The notes under the pieces are model-generated. The model did no database searches and was not told where the DNA came from. It saw only the letters and a list, made by a program, of their open reading frames with translations. A stretch of DNA of 64,000 nt from Hydrogenophaga sp. Lineage in GTDB: Bacteria > Pseudomonadota > Gammaproteobacteria > Burkholderiales > Burkholderiaceae_C. How positions within the stretch are numbered: position 1 is the first letter of the stretch; each line of letters opens with the position of its first letter. The translations under genes were made by a program, and so were the position numbers. Below, in pieces: positions 35,745-46,248 of the stretch. The stretch covers positions 71,694-135,693 of the forward strand of contig NZ_JAUSCF010000020.1 of NCBI RefSeq assembly GCF_030651625.1, written 5' to 3'.

Positions 35745-38129
35745 ATGACGCTGCCCAACCCCGCGCTCCATGGGGACTACTCCACCCTGTTCAGCTTCCT
35801 GCCCATTGGCGCGTACCGCTGCAATGCCGAGGGGAAGATGGTTCGGGTCAACCCGGCCCTGGTGCGCCTGAACGGGTACGACACCGAGGCCGAAATGCTC
35901 GGCGCTGTCAACGATGTGGCGCGGGAGTGGTATGTGGATCCGGGCCAGCGGGCTGAATTCCTGCGCCTGCTCGACAGAGACGGTTATGTACGGGGATTCG
36001 TGTCGGAAATCCGCCGGCACCGCACGCGCGAACGCATCTGGGTGTCCGAGCACGCCCACAACGTGCGGGATACCGAAGGCAAGCTGCTTTACTACGAGGG
36101 TACAGTCGAAGACATCACGGCCCAGGTGCAGGCACAGGATGAATTGCGTCGTAGCGAAGAGCAGTTGCGTCTGATGACCTCGCAGGTGCCCGGCATGGTG
36201 TTCGTTGTGCATGTGTCGCCCGACGGACGGCGTCAGTATCGCTTTGTGAGTTCCGGGGTTCGCGACATCTACGGTTTCACCCCTGAAGACGTCATGCGGG
36301 ATGCGACTCTGCTGGAACGCACGCTGCACCCGGAAGACCGGGTCATTCTTGAAGCCGACACGAAGCTGATTCGAGAAAGCCCGGTGGATCTTGGGGGCGA
36401 GTTCCGGATCGTGATGCCCGACGGATCGATCAAGTGGGTGTACCGGCGCTCCTGTGCCGTGTCGTCGGACTCGACGGGATATGTGCGGGTGGGCGTGCTG
36501 CTCGACATCACCGCGCGCAAGCAAGTGGAAGCCGACCTGCGCAAAAGCGAGGCTGTGTGGAAGCTGGCGCTGGAGAGTGCGGGCGACGGGGTGTGGGACT
36601 GGAATCTGCAGTCCAATGAAGAATTCATTTCGCAAGGCATCAAGGCGATGTACGGCTACGCCGACGAGGAACTGGCGAATGTTGCCGAAGAGCTGGACAG
36701 CCGAACCCATCCCGATGATCTGCCCCAGATGCAGGCCGACCGGCAGGCCCACTTCGAGGGGCACACGGCCACCTACCGCAACGAGCACCGGGTGTGCTGC
36801 AAGGATGGCAGCTGGAAGTGGGTGCTTTCGCGGGGCATGGTCATTGCGCGCGACACAGACGGCAAGCCGTTGCGCATGATCGGGACGCACACCGACATCA
36901 CCGAGCTCAAGCGGGCCGAGGCCCACCAGCGCGCGCTGGAGATCCAGTTGCGGGAGTCTCAGAAGATGGAAGCGATCGGCACCCTGGCAGGCGGTGTGGC
37001 GCACGATTTCAACAACCTGCTGGCAGCCATTCTGGGTAACCTGGCGCTGGCGCAGGAAGACGTGGGCCTGCACCACCCCGCGCGCGAGAGCCTGGTCGAG
37101 ATCCAGCGTGCGGCCATGCGGGCTCGCCAGCTGGTGCAGCAGATCCTCACCTTCAGTCGCCGCCAGACGCAGGAACTGCAGCACCAGTTGCTCACCCCGC
37201 TGGTGCAGGAAGCACTGGACCTGCTGCGGTCGCTGCTGCCTGCCGGCGTGCGCCTGAACGCCCGCCTGCCATCGACACCGCTGCCTGTGATGGCCGACGC
37301 CACACAGGTGCAGCAGGTGCTCATGAACCTCTGCACCAACGCTTGGCAAGCCATGGACAACCAGGCCGGCGAGGTCGCCGTGGCGCTGCGGGCGGTGGAA
37401 GTGGATGCGGCGCAGGCCTTGCGGGTGGAGGGTCTGTCCAGCGGACACTACGCCTGCCTGAGCGTGGCCGACAACGGTCCGGGCATGGACGAAGACACAG
37501 TGCGTCGCATCTTCGAACCTTTCTTCACCACCAAGCCGCCCGGGGCCGGCACCGGGCTGGGTCTGGCGGTGGTACACGGCATCGTCAAAGCCCACCGTGG
37601 CGCCATCGACGTGACCAGCAAAGTGGGCGAGGGGACCCGGTTCGACGTCTACCTGCCGCTGGCGGCGCAGGTGATGCCGACGCCGCAAGCGCTGGCCACC
37701 CCGCAGGCTGCGGTGTCCCTGCCTGGTGCGGAGGCCACGTCCCCGCACCTGATCTACATCGACGACTACGAGGCCATGACCTTTCTGGCCGGGCGGCTGC
37801 TGCGCAAGCAGGGGTTCAAGGTCACCACCTTCGAGTCCGGCGAGGCCGCGGTGGCATGGCTGACGCAGCACCCGCAGGAGCCGATTGACCTGGTGCTGAG
37901 CGACCAGAACATGCCGGGCATGTCGGGAGTGGATGTGGCGCGGGAAGTGCGGCAGCTGCGGCCCGGTCTGGGCGTGGCGATTGTCTCAGGTCATGTGAGC
38001 GACAAGCTGCTGGCCGACGCGGCCGAGCAGGGCGTGCTGGAGGTGATGGGCAAGCAGGACAGCATGGACGCCCTGGCCGAGGCCATCCGTGGGCTGCTGA
38101 GTCAGGTATCGGCTCGGCCGACGGATTGA
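35745..38129 (+). CDS. multi-PAS hybrid sensor histidine kinase with C-terminal receiver domain
   Basis: Three PAS/PAC-like repeats. H-box VAHDFNNLL, N/G boxes DNGPGMDE and GTGLGLAVV, receiver DLVLSDQNMPGMSG. Confidence 0.85.
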   Translation: MTLPNPALHGDYSTLFSFLPIGAYRCNAEGKMVRVNPALVRLNGYDTEAEMLGAVNDVAREWYVDPGQRAEFLRLLDRDGYVRGFVSEIRRHRTRERIWVSEHAHNVRDTEGKLLYYEGTVEDITAQVQAQDELRRSEEQLRLMTSQVPGMVFVVHVSPDGRRQYRFVSSGVRDIYGFTPEDVMRDATLLERTLHPEDRVILEADTKLIRESPVDLGGEFRIVMPDGSIKWVYRRSCAVSSDSTGYVRVGVLLDITARKQVEADLRKSEAVWKLALESAGDGVWDWNLQSNEEFISQGIKAMYGYADEELANVAEELDSRTHPDDLPQMQADRQAHFEGHTATYRNEHRVCCKDGSWKWVLSRGMVIARDTDGKPLRMIGTHTDITELKRAEAHQRALEIQLRESQKMEAIGTLAGGVAHDFNNLLAAILGNLALAQEDVGLHHPARESLVEIQRAAMRARQLVQQILTFSRRQTQELQHQLLTPLVQEALDLLRSLLPAGVRLNARLPSTPLPVMADATQVQQVLMNLCTNAWQAMDNQAGEVAVALRAVEVDAAQALRVEGLSSGHYACLSVADNGPGMDEDTVRRIFEPFFTTKPPGAGTGLGLAVVHGIVKAHRGAIDVTSKVGEGTRFDVYLPLAAQVMPTPQALATPQAAVSLPGAEATSPHLIYIDDYEAMTFLAGRLLRKQGFKVTTFESGEAAVAWLTQHPQEPIDLVLSDQNMPGMSGVDVAREVRQLRPGLGVAIVSGHVSDKLLADAAEQGVLEVMGKQDSMDALAEAIRGLLSQVSARPTD

Positions 38130-38160
38130 ACCGTCCTGAGTGCCCGTTGAAGCTCGAGCG

Positions 38161-38862
38161 TCAGCGCGGGATTTCGATATTGACCTGTCGCGGACCGCTG
38201 GGCGGCACCGGAAAACCCTGCAATGCGGCATCCATCATGGCGGCCCAAAGGGCCGGTGTGCTGTTCCAGCGCCCGTCGTGCGCAGCGCGGGTTTCATAGA
38301 CCACCTGGCCGTTGTCGGAGCGGCGGATCACCAGCGTGAGCTGACGCTGGTAATAGGGTGATTCCATGGGCATGAACATGGGCGCCCAGAAGATCTGGCC
38401 GCCGGCGCCGATGTAGTGGCCCCGCCCGCCCGAAATGCCGAAGCCCGCTCCGCCATACCGGTTCCATGGGTCGCCCCAGAACCCGCCTCCCCAGTAGCCC
38501 ATCCAGGGATCTTCCCAGGGTGCGCGCGGCAGGCGCTGGGTACTGGCACCGACCTGCACCTGCCAGGGCGCCGTGGCGTCTGGTGCAACCACTGTCCAGC
38601 CCGCCTTGCCCAGCGCGGCCTGGGCGAGTGCCTCCAGTTCGTCCTGAGCGCGGGCACTGCGGCCTTCGCGTTGCGAGGGCAGGCGTTCAAAACGGTAGCT
38701 TTGCGGCGCGTTCGGCACGGCTGCGGCCGGCGCAGCGCCCGCCGCTGTGGGCGTCCAGTTGGCAAAACTTTCAACCTGGTTGTCCACCAGCAGCACGCCG
38801 GCGCAGCCGCCCAGGGAACCCAGCACGCTCACGGCCAGTGTCAGGCCGGCGATGCGGGCCAT
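38161..38862 (-). CDS. putative lipoprotein with Gly/Trp-rich segment
   Basis: Inner ATG 38862. Signal peptide plus lipobox LGSLGGC. Contains a WMGYWGGGFWGDPWNRYGGAGFG segment. Family not securely recognised. Confidence 0.5.
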   Translation of the reverse strand: MARIAGLTLAVSVLGSLGGCAGVLLVDNQVESFANWTPTAAGAAPAAAVPNAPQSYRFERLPSQREGRSARAQDELEALAQAALGKAGWTVVAPDATAPWQVQVGASTQRLPRAPWEDPWMGYWGGGFWGDPWNRYGGAGFGISGGRGHYIGAGGQIFWAPMFMPMESPYYQRQLTLVIRRSDNGQVVYETRAAHDGRWNSTPALWAAMMDAALQGFPVPPSGPRQVNIEIPR

Positions 38863-38964
38863 CCTGGCCCAGCGGTTGGATGAACAGGGATTCCTGAGTG
38901 GAGCGGTGCGCGCAGGTTGCATGGTGTGTCCAGTGGGGAAGCTGCCCGCTTGGCGCTGCTGGCG

Positions 38965-39894
38965 TCAGTGGGCTGTCGAAATCGGTATGACCGCCTTGCG
39001 GGGCAAGGCGTTCCCGGGTTCATCGAAGTGGCTGGTGATGGATGCGGCTTCCGATGCTGGCAGCGGCAAGGGCTCAAAGTCAAAAGCCTTGTCGCCGTCT
39101 TCGCTGGCTTCCCCGGTGGCACGGATGGTCTGGAAGGGAAACAGCTGGGTGTCCATCAGGTGGCTGGGCACCACATTCTGCAGGGCAGAGAACATGTTTT
39201 CAATGCGACCTGGAAACTTGCTTTCCCATTCTTTCAACATGTTGCCCACCTGCTTGCGCTGCAGGTTCTCCTGGCTGCCGCACAGCGTGCACGGAATGAT
39301 GGGGAACTGGCGCAGTTCCGCCCAGCGGGTGAGGTCTTTTTCCGCCACGTAGGCCATGGGGCGGATCACCACGTGCTGCCCGTCATCGCTCACCAGTTTC
39401 GCCGGCATGCCCTTGAGCTTGGCGCCAAAGAACATGTTGAGCAGCAGGGTCTGGAGGATGTCGTCGCGGTGGTGGCCAAGCGCGATCTTGGTGGCGCCCA
39501 GCTCGCCCGCCACCCGGTACAGAATGCCCCGGCGCAAGCGGCTGCACAGGCTGCACAGGGTCTTGCCTTCCGGGATCACGCGTTTGACGATGGAATAGGT
39601 GTCCTGGTTCTCGATGTGGAACTTCACGCCCAGCTTGGTCAGGTAGGCCGGCAGCACGTCGGCCGGGAAGCCGGGCTGCTTCTGGTCCAGGTTGACCACG
39701 ATCAGTTCAAAGTCGATGGGGGCGCGCGCCTGCAGCTTCTGCAGGATGTCGAGCATGCCGTAGCTGTCCTTGCCGCCAGAGAGGCAGACCATCACCCGAT
39801 CGCCTTCTTCGATCATGTTGTAGTCCACGATGGCGCGACCCACCTCGCGGCACAGGCGTTTTTCAAGTTTGTGGTTTTCCAGCGCTTCGTTCAT
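38965..39894 (-). CDS. ttcA: tRNA 2-thiocytidine(32) synthetase TtcA
   Basis: PP-loop SGGKDS, conserved [10 protein letters not shown] and PCTLCG cysteine motifs. Confidence 0.9.
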   Translation of the reverse strand: MNEALENHKLEKRLCREVGRAIVDYNMIEEGDRVMVCLSGGKDSYGMLDILQKLQARAPIDFELIVVNLDQKQPGFPADVLPAYLTKLGVKFHIENQDTYSIVKRVIPEGKTLCSLCSRLRRGILYRVAGELGATKIALGHHRDDILQTLLLNMFFGAKLKGMPAKLVSDDGQHVVIRPMAYVAEKDLTRWAELRQFPIIPCTLCGSQENLQRKQVGNMLKEWESKFPGRIENMFSALQNVVPSHLMDTQLFPFQTIRATGEASEDGDKAFDFEPLPLPASEAASITSHFDEPGNALPRKAVIPISTAH

Positions 39895-40124
39895 CGGGGT
39901 TCCTGATAGGTCGGGCGGTGCGCTTCACACAGACGAGACACGCAAGGCTCAATTTTGCCTGCATGCCTCGTCAGGCATGATGCGTTGCATGCTTTTGGGG
40001 TGTGGCCGCCCCGAAGAGTCAATGAAGATCATTCATGTCGATGCTTGGTTGATCCTTCCAGGAGCGCTGGTGGCATGCGCATGCAAGCATCTCGCTTTCA
40101 AGCATTGAACGGCTTGACTGTCGC

Positions 40125-40499
40125 TCACCAGTTCCCACTCTCCATCCGGATCGCCACTTCGCAATCCTCAAAAATCTCCAGCTTCGCAATTTTCACGCGC
40201 ACGCCAATCACACCGGGCAGTTGCATGAGCCGACGGGTGAGTTTGCCGATCAGGCTTTCCAGCAGGTTCACGTGTTCGGCGGTGCACTCGTCGATGATGA
40301 TCTGGCGCACCTTGCGGTAATCGAGCACGTGGCTGATGTCGTCGTCATGCGGCAGCAGCGGCTGGGTGCCCTGGTTGAGTTCGGCGTCGACCTGGATCGG
40401 TTGCGGCGCCGATTTTTCGTGGTCCAGGATGCCCAGGTTGGCGTCGAAGCGCAGGCCGGTGAGGGTGAGAATCTGCGTGCCGGTGGAGGACGTGTTCAT
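40125..40499 (-). CDS. folB: dihydroneopterin aldolase
   Basis: 124 aa. GLRFDANLGILDHEK is a typical FolB N-terminus. Confidence 0.8.
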   Translation of the reverse strand: MNTSSTGTQILTLTGLRFDANLGILDHEKSAPQPIQVDAELNQGTQPLLPHDDDISHVLDYRKVRQIIIDECTAEHVNLLESLIGKLTRRLMQLPGVIGVRVKIAKLEIFEDCEVAIRMESGNW

Positions 40500-40524
40500 G
40501 GTGCGTTCATGGGCAGAGAGCGGT

Positions 40525-41316
40525 TCACATCAGTGAAAAATCGCGCTCGAAGCGCATGAGGTGCTGGCCACCGTCCACCAGCAGCGTGGTGCCGGTGATG
40601 GAGCGGTTGTCCAGCGCGAAGGCCACGGTGGCCGCCACGTCCTGCGGGGTGGACGAGCGACCGAGTGGGGACTGCCGGTGCAGTTCGTCGAATTTCTCGC
40701 CGCTCAGCATGTGGCTGGTCAGCGTGAGGCCGGGCGCCACGCCCACCACGCGCACGCGCGGCGCCAACGCCAGAGCCAGCATGGTGTTGGCGGCTTCCAG
40801 CGCCGCTTTGGACAGGGTGTAGCTGAAGAAGTCCGGGTTCATGTTCCAGAGTTTCTGGTCCAGCAGGTTGACCACCGCGCCTTCAACCTCACGCACGCCC
40901 AGATGTTCGTGCAGTGCTTGTGCCAGCAGCACGGCAGCGCCGGTGTTGGCGCGCAGATGGGTGTCCATCGCTTCGAAGCCGAAGCTGGCGGCGCTGTCGT
41001 GCTCGAAAGTGGACGCGCTGTTGACCACGGCGTCCACCGCGCCGAAATGCGCCACCACCGCCGGTAGCAGCGCCCGCACGCTGGCCTCGACTCCCAGGTC
41101 GGCGAAGAAGGTGCCGGCGCTACCGGCGCGACCTGTCAACGCGTCGCATTCGGCCGCCGTCTGCTGTGCTTCGGTGGCCGAATGCCGGTGATGCACGGCC
41201 ACGTTCCAGCCGTCGCGCGCCAGTCGCAACGCGATCTCCCGCCCCAGGCGCTTGCCGGCGCCGGTGACCAGCGCGGTGCGCGCAGAGATTTGATGACAGG
41301 GCAGGGCTGGGGGCAT
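40525..41316 (-). CDS. SDR-family oxidoreductase (pteridine reductase/FolM-like context)
   Basis: Inner ATG 41316. Motifs ALVTGAGKRLG and YTLSKAAL. Lies directly upstream of folB. Confidence 0.8.
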   Translation of the reverse strand: MPPALPCHQISARTALVTGAGKRLGREIALRLARDGWNVAVHHRHSATEAQQTAAECDALTGRAGSAGTFFADLGVEASVRALLPAVVAHFGAVDAVVNSASTFEHDSAASFGFEAMDTHLRANTGAAVLLAQALHEHLGVREVEGAVVNLLDQKLWNMNPDFFSYTLSKAALEAANTMLALALAPRVRVVGVAPGLTLTSHMLSGEKFDELHRQSPLGRSSTPQDVAATVAFALDNRSITGTTLLVDGGQHLMRFERDFSLM

Positions 41317-42484
41317 GGAGGACAATCGGCCGGTGAATACCGAATCTGTGAGCGAGTCGACAAGTTTAACGAGCGCCCTGCAAGAGCGGGTGCAGGGGGC
41401 CATCCGCGCCTCGGGTGGCTGGCTGCCATTTGACCGCTTCATGGCCATGGCACTGTACGAACCCGGTCTGGGCTATTACGCCAATGCGTTGCCGAAGTTC
41501 GGCCACATGCCAGTGGGAGTGGCCGGGCAGGGCAGCGACTTTGTGACAGCGCCCGAGCTTTCGCCACTGTTCGGACACACGGTGGCGAGGCAGGTTGCGC
41601 AGGCGCTCGACGCCACTGGCACCGACGAGATCTGGGAGTTTGGTGCCGGCACCGGCGCTCTGGCACTGCAGGTGCTGGATGCGCTGGCCGCATTGGGCCG
41701 GCCGTTGCGACGCTACACCATCGTGGATCTGTCGGGCAGCTTGCGCCAGCGGCAGCACGCCATGCTGGCGGCTCATTCGGCCGTGCTGCGCTGGGCCGAT
41801 GCGCTGCCTGACACCTTCGAAGGCGTGTTGCTGGGCAACGAGGTGCTGGACGCCATGCCGGTGCAACTGTTGCACCGCGCGGGCGGGCAGGTCGGTGGCG
41901 TCTGGCACGAGCGGGGCGTGGCGCTTGACGCAGAAGGCGCGCTCGTCTGGGCGGATCACCCCACCGGTCTTCGGCCACCCGTTGACATCGAGGGTCCGCA
42001 CGACTACCTCACCGAGATCCACCCGCAGGCCGAGGCTTTCGTGCGCACCCTGGCCGACCGCTGGCGCAAGGGCGCCGGGTTCTTTTTCGACTACGGCTTC
42101 CCGGAAGCCGAGTACTACCACCCGCAGCGGCACATGGGCACGCTCATCTGCCACCGCGCCCACCGAAGCGATGACGATCCACTGGCCGATGTGGGTGAAA
42201 AGGACATCACCGCTCACGTGAACTTCACCGGCGTGGCCCTGGCCGCTCAGGACGCGGGCTTGAGTGTGCTGGGCTACACCTCGCAGGGGCGGTTCCTCAT
42301 CAACGCAGGCCTCATGGATGCGGCCCAGGGGGCCAGTGCGAAGGAGAACGCCCTGCTGGGCAAGCTGGTGAACGAGCATGAGATGGGTGAACTGTTCAAG
42401 GTGCTGGCCATTGCGCCCGCCGATTGCGCGGGAGGCTGGGTTCCTGTCGGCTTCACCGCAGGTGACCGGACCCACAGGTTGTGA
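41315..42484 (+). CDS. class I SAM-dependent methyltransferase, MidA/NDUFAF7 (DUF185) family
   Basis: FDRFMAMALYEPGLGYY, FVTAPELSPLFG and EFGAGTGALA. The start is uncertain (ATG 41315 or GTG 41333). Confidence 0.75.
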   Translation: MEDNRPVNTESVSESTSLTSALQERVQGAIRASGGWLPFDRFMAMALYEPGLGYYANALPKFGHMPVGVAGQGSDFVTAPELSPLFGHTVARQVAQALDATGTDEIWEFGAGTGALALQVLDALAALGRPLRRYTIVDLSGSLRQRQHAMLAAHSAVLRWADALPDTFEGVLLGNEVLDAMPVQLLHRAGGQVGGVWHERGVALDAEGALVWADHPTGLRPPVDIEGPHDYLTEIHPQAEAFVRTLADRWRKGAGFFFDYGFPEAEYYHPQRHMGTLICHRAHRSDDDPLADVGEKDITAHVNFTGVALAAQDAGLSVLGYTSQGRFLINAGLMDAAQGASAKENALLGKLVNEHEMGELFKVLAIAPADCAGGWVPVGFTAGDRTHRL

Positions 42485-42497
42485 AAGCGAGCGCACC

Positions 42498-42692
42498 ATG
42501 ATCCGCTGGATGATCGTCATCTTTCTGGCTTTGTTGCTGATCAGCTGGTTCACGCCGCTGCTGCAGAAGCTGGGTTTTGGCAAGCTGCCCGGCGACCTGC
42601 GTTTCAAGGTCTTTGGCCGCGAGTGGTTCCTGCCGATCACCACCACCATCCTGCTGAGCTTTTTGGCCAGCCTGATCGGGCAGATCATCTGA
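42498..42692 (+). CDS. small membrane protein (DUF2905-like)
   Basis: 64 aa. MIRWMIVIFLALLLISWFTPLLQKLGFGKLPGDLRF is the typical DUF2905 pattern. Confidence 0.6.
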   Translation: MIRWMIVIFLALLLISWFTPLLQKLGFGKLPGDLRFKVFGREWFLPITTTILLSFLASLIGQII

Positions 42693-42863
42693 GAGCCCGA
42701 GCCTCTGTCGCTCGCGCGATGGATGCACATCCTCTTGCTCCGTTGTCAGCATCGCCTCCTGGGCGGCGGCTGTGCGTGATTTATGTGGCAATTGAGCGCA
42801 GGGGCTTGCTACAGGTGGCCGTTTCCTGCATTTGGTCAAGCCGGGTTACGGTGTAATTCGGAC

Positions 42864-44369
42864 ATGTTGCCCGAACAGATTGGCCGGTACATTGTTCTTG
42901 ACCCACTGGGCGAAGGCGCCATGGGTAGGGTGGTGCGAGCCTTTGACCCGGATCTCGGGCGGGTGGTGGCCATCAAGATCCTGCGCACTTCGGGCCTGTC
43001 TTGTGAAGCTTTGCAGGCGCTTGAGCGGCGCTTCGTGGTCGAGTCGCGCTCTGTGGCCCGCTTGCGTCATCCCGGGATCGTGGCCGTCCACGATGTGGGG
43101 CGAAGCGACCTGGGTGCCTACATGGTGATGGAATGCGTCCAGGGGCTGAACCTTCGCCAGTGCCTGAACCATGGCGTCCGCTTTTCAGTCCCAGGGGTTT
43201 TGCACCTGATGGACGGGGTCCTGGCGGCGCTGGAACACGCGCACGAGCACCATGTGTTGCACCGGGACATCAAGCCAGAGAACATCCTGGTGGACAACCA
43301 GGGCACCGTGAAACTCACCGACTTCGGCATCGCCAAGATGCTCGACCCGGACGGCGTACAGGCCACCATGGTCGAAGGTCAGCTGATCGGAACGCCCCGC
43401 TACATGGCGCCCGAACAGCTCAGGGGACAGGCGCTGGACGGGCGTTGCGATGTGTTTGCCTGCGGCGTTTTGCTGTTTGAGCTTTTGACGGGTCGCCCGC
43501 CATTTGGCGGGGAGCAATTTGTCGAGATCATCCAGAACATCCTGAACCAGGCGGCGCCCAGGGCCTCGGACCTGTCGCCGGGGGTGACCGCCAGGTTGGA
43601 GCGTGTTTTGCAGCTGTCATTGCAAAAAGACCGGTCGCTGCGTTTTGCGACGGTGTCCCATTTGCGCGAGGCATTGGCCGCCGCCGGGGCCGATGCGGCA
43701 GATGGCGCATCGGGCGCGGAAGGGCCTGTGCCCGGTGCTCCCTCGGAATTGCGCGACTGGGTCGCGGCGGACAGCCATTCCACGCTGGCGGATCTGCTGG
43801 CATCGGTCAAACCGGCTGAGCACGCCGACAAGGTTGCGCCGGGCGCGCTGCCCGGTGCCATTCGCTTGCAGACCGATGTCAGCCTGACAGAGCCCACTCA
43901 GGCCTTTTTTTCTGACTCGACCCGTGCGTCGACCGGATTCGAGCGCACGCAGCCGCTGCGCGCCAGTTCCCTGCGTCTGTGGGAGCGGGTTCCCGCTGGA
44001 TTGCGTTCACGACCTGTCGGCTTGCTGCTGGTGCTTCTGATCGGTGTGGCCTGGCTGCTTGCACCACCGGGGGGGCAATCGGTGGGACTTCCTGTGGTTC
44101 TCCCGGTCGTGCTTCCTGCGGTTCATCCGGTGGTTGTTCCTGACGGGGCCCCTGAACAGACACTGAAGGCGGTTGCCGTGACCCCGAGCGAGAGTCCTCC
44201 CGCCAAAGCGCAATTGCCTCCGCTACGGGAAAAACGGCCGCTGGTCACGAGAGTGCCGCCCCGCGAGCCCTGCGCCGATCTTGGCTTTTTCCAGCGCGAA
44301 AGCTGTCTTTGGACGCAATGCAGCACCGACCGCTACCGGAGCCATGCGGTGTGTGTCCGGTTTCGCTGA
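42864..44369 (+). CDS. transmembrane Ser/Thr protein kinase
   Basis: Inner ATG 42864. Hanks motifs GEGAMGRV, VAIK, HRDIKPEN, DFG and PRYMAPE. One TM helix (VGLLLVLLIGVAWLL). C-terminal Cys motif. Confidence 0.85.
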   Translation: MLPEQIGRYIVLDPLGEGAMGRVVRAFDPDLGRVVAIKILRTSGLSCEALQALERRFVVESRSVARLRHPGIVAVHDVGRSDLGAYMVMECVQGLNLRQCLNHGVRFSVPGVLHLMDGVLAALEHAHEHHVLHRDIKPENILVDNQGTVKLTDFGIAKMLDPDGVQATMVEGQLIGTPRYMAPEQLRGQALDGRCDVFACGVLLFELLTGRPPFGGEQFVEIIQNILNQAAPRASDLSPGVTARLERVLQLSLQKDRSLRFATVSHLREALAAAGADAADGASGAEGPVPGAPSELRDWVAADSHSTLADLLASVKPAEHADKVAPGALPGAIRLQTDVSLTEPTQAFFSDSTRASTGFERTQPLRASSLRLWERVPAGLRSRPVGLLLVLLIGVAWLLAPPGGQSVGLPVVLPVVLPAVHPVVVPDGAPEQTLKAVAVTPSESPPAKAQLPPLREKRPLVTRVPPREPCADLGFFQRESCLWTQCSTDRYRSHAVCVRFR

Positions 44370-44487
44370 GGCGTGCAGGCCTTGGCTGGCGTAGCGGGTT
44401 ACCGCAGGCAAACCGATACCCCGTAGGGTGTCTTGAAAGCAAAGGAACAGGCCCGCATCTGTCGCCTATCGTTTCCAAGGTCCATCC

Positions 44488-44928
44488 ATGACATCCAATC
44501 TCCTGCACATCGTCTGTCCCCACTGCCACACCACCAACCGCGTGGCCAGCACCGCGCTGGCCAGTGCGCCGGATTGCGGCAAATGCCATCAGCCCCTGTT
44601 CACCGGCCACCCGGTCGCACTGGACGAGACCGCTTTCGAAAAACACATCGCCCGCTCGCATTTGCCGGTGCTGGTGGATTTCTGGGCGCCCTGGTGCGGC
44701 CCCTGCCGCGCAATGGCACCGGCCTTCGAGCAGGCCGCGCAGCAGCTGGAGCCCGGCATGCGGCTGGCCAAGGTGAACACCGAAGAGGCACAGTCCCTGG
44801 CGGCGCGTCTGCAGATCCGCAGTATTCCGACCCTGGCCCTGTTCGTGGGCGGGCGTGAAGTGGCGCGCCAGCCGGGTGCCATGGGAGCGGCCGACATCCT
44901 GCGCTGGGCGCGTTCGCACAATCGCTGA
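44488..44928 (+). CDS. trxC: thioredoxin 2 (zinc-finger thioredoxin)
   Basis: N-terminal CPHC...CGKC zinc finger plus the WAPWCGPC active site. Confidence 0.9.
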   Translation: MTSNLLHIVCPHCHTTNRVASTALASAPDCGKCHQPLFTGHPVALDETAFEKHIARSHLPVLVDFWAPWCGPCRAMAPAFEQAAQQLEPGMRLAKVNTEEAQSLAARLQIRSIPTLALFVGGREVARQPGAMGAADILRWARSHNR

Positions 44929-45087
44929 GCGCCTGCGAGGCATCGGCATTGCCCTTGATCCTCTGCAAGGCTGGTCCGTTTCAGACGGTGGTTCTGGAAA
45001 ACCACCCGCCGATCGGTTGACAATGGCGGGTACTACCCGTCCATCCTGGCCGCACGCTGAATGCGGTCGTCAGTGCGCCACCATGCC

Positions 45088-46098
45088 ATGTCTGCACCAG
45101 CACCTGCCCCTGCTTTGCCCGCTCAACTCGATCCTGTGAACACGCGCCTGCTCGCGGACGTGGGTGGCACCAACGCGCGCTTCGCCTGGCAGGCTGGGCC
45201 GGGTGCGCCCATCACCGATGTGCGCGTGATCCCGGCGGCCGAACATCCCCGGCTCCAGGACGCAATCCGCACCTACCTGGACGGGCTGTGTCGCGGCACG
45301 CCGCAGGCAGTGGCGATCGCCATTGCCAACCCCGTCACAGGCGATCAGATCCGCATGACCAACCACCACTGGTCGTTCTCTCAGAGCGAGGTGAAGGACG
45401 AATTCGGATTTCGGACCTTGCGCCTGCTCAACGATTTCACCGCCCTGGCCCTGGCGCTGCCCGATCTGCCAGCGGAAGATCTGGTGCAGGTCGGTGGCGG
45501 TCCGCCGCAGACAGGCAATGCCATCGGACTGGTCGGCGCCGGCACCGGTCTGGGCGTGTCGGGTTTGCTGCCCGACGGGCGCGGAGGCTGGGTGGCTCTG
45601 GAAGGCGAGGGCGGCCATGTGACACTGCCCGCCAGTACCCCGCGCGAGCGGTTGGTGATGGATGGCCTCGTGCGACGGTATGGCCATGCTTCAGCCGAAC
45701 GCGTCACCAGCGGGCAAGGTCTGCTGGACACCTTTGGCTTGCTCTGCGAGGCCGACGGTGTGACCACGGGTCAAGTGGTGAATGCTGCCGATGTGACCGC
45801 AGCGGCGCTGGAGACTGGCCACGCGCAGGCGCTGGAAGCGCTGAACATGTTTTGTGCCCTGCTGGGCTCGGTGGCAGGCAACCTTGCACTCACGCTCGGT
45901 GCGAGGGGCGGGGTGTATGTCGGTGGCGGCATCGTGCCGCGCCTTGGCGATTGGTTTCACACCTCGCCGTTTCGGGAACGGTTCGAAACCAAAGGCCGGT
46001 TCCGGAGTTACCTGCAGACCATTCCTGTGTGGGTGATCACTTCGAGGCAATCGCCGGCATTGATGGGCGCGGCGCGGGCGCTGGACGAACATACCTGA
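45088..46098 (+). CDS. glk: glucokinase
   Basis: LLADVGGTNARFA N-terminal motif and GGGIVPRL near the C-terminus. Inner ATG 45088. Confidence 0.85.
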   Translation: MSAPAPAPALPAQLDPVNTRLLADVGGTNARFAWQAGPGAPITDVRVIPAAEHPRLQDAIRTYLDGLCRGTPQAVAIAIANPVTGDQIRMTNHHWSFSQSEVKDEFGFRTLRLLNDFTALALALPDLPAEDLVQVGGGPPQTGNAIGLVGAGTGLGVSGLLPDGRGGWVALEGEGGHVTLPASTPRERLVMDGLVRRYGHASAERVTSGQGLLDTFGLLCEADGVTTGQVVNAADVTAAALETGHAQALEALNMFCALLGSVAGNLALTLGARGGVYVGGGIVPRLGDWFHTSPFRERFETKGRFRSYLQTIPVWVITSRQSPALMGAARALDEHT

Positions 46099-46248
46099 GC
46101 CTTTCGGCCAATGTGCACGTGCCGGGAGCGGGGGATGCGGGTATTCACCAATTCAGCCTTGTAATTAATTAATGAAAAATGAACGGTCTCGACGCAAGGT
46201 GCGCTGAGACAACCAGAAACGGGCCAATGGCCCCAAGGAGACACGTTC

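Noticed and set aside
35298-37871. 857-aa ORF antisense to the PAS hybrid histidine kinase.
   Set aside because: The plus-strand product has complete H-box, N/G-box and receiver motifs. The antisense frame shows none and has shadow-frame composition.
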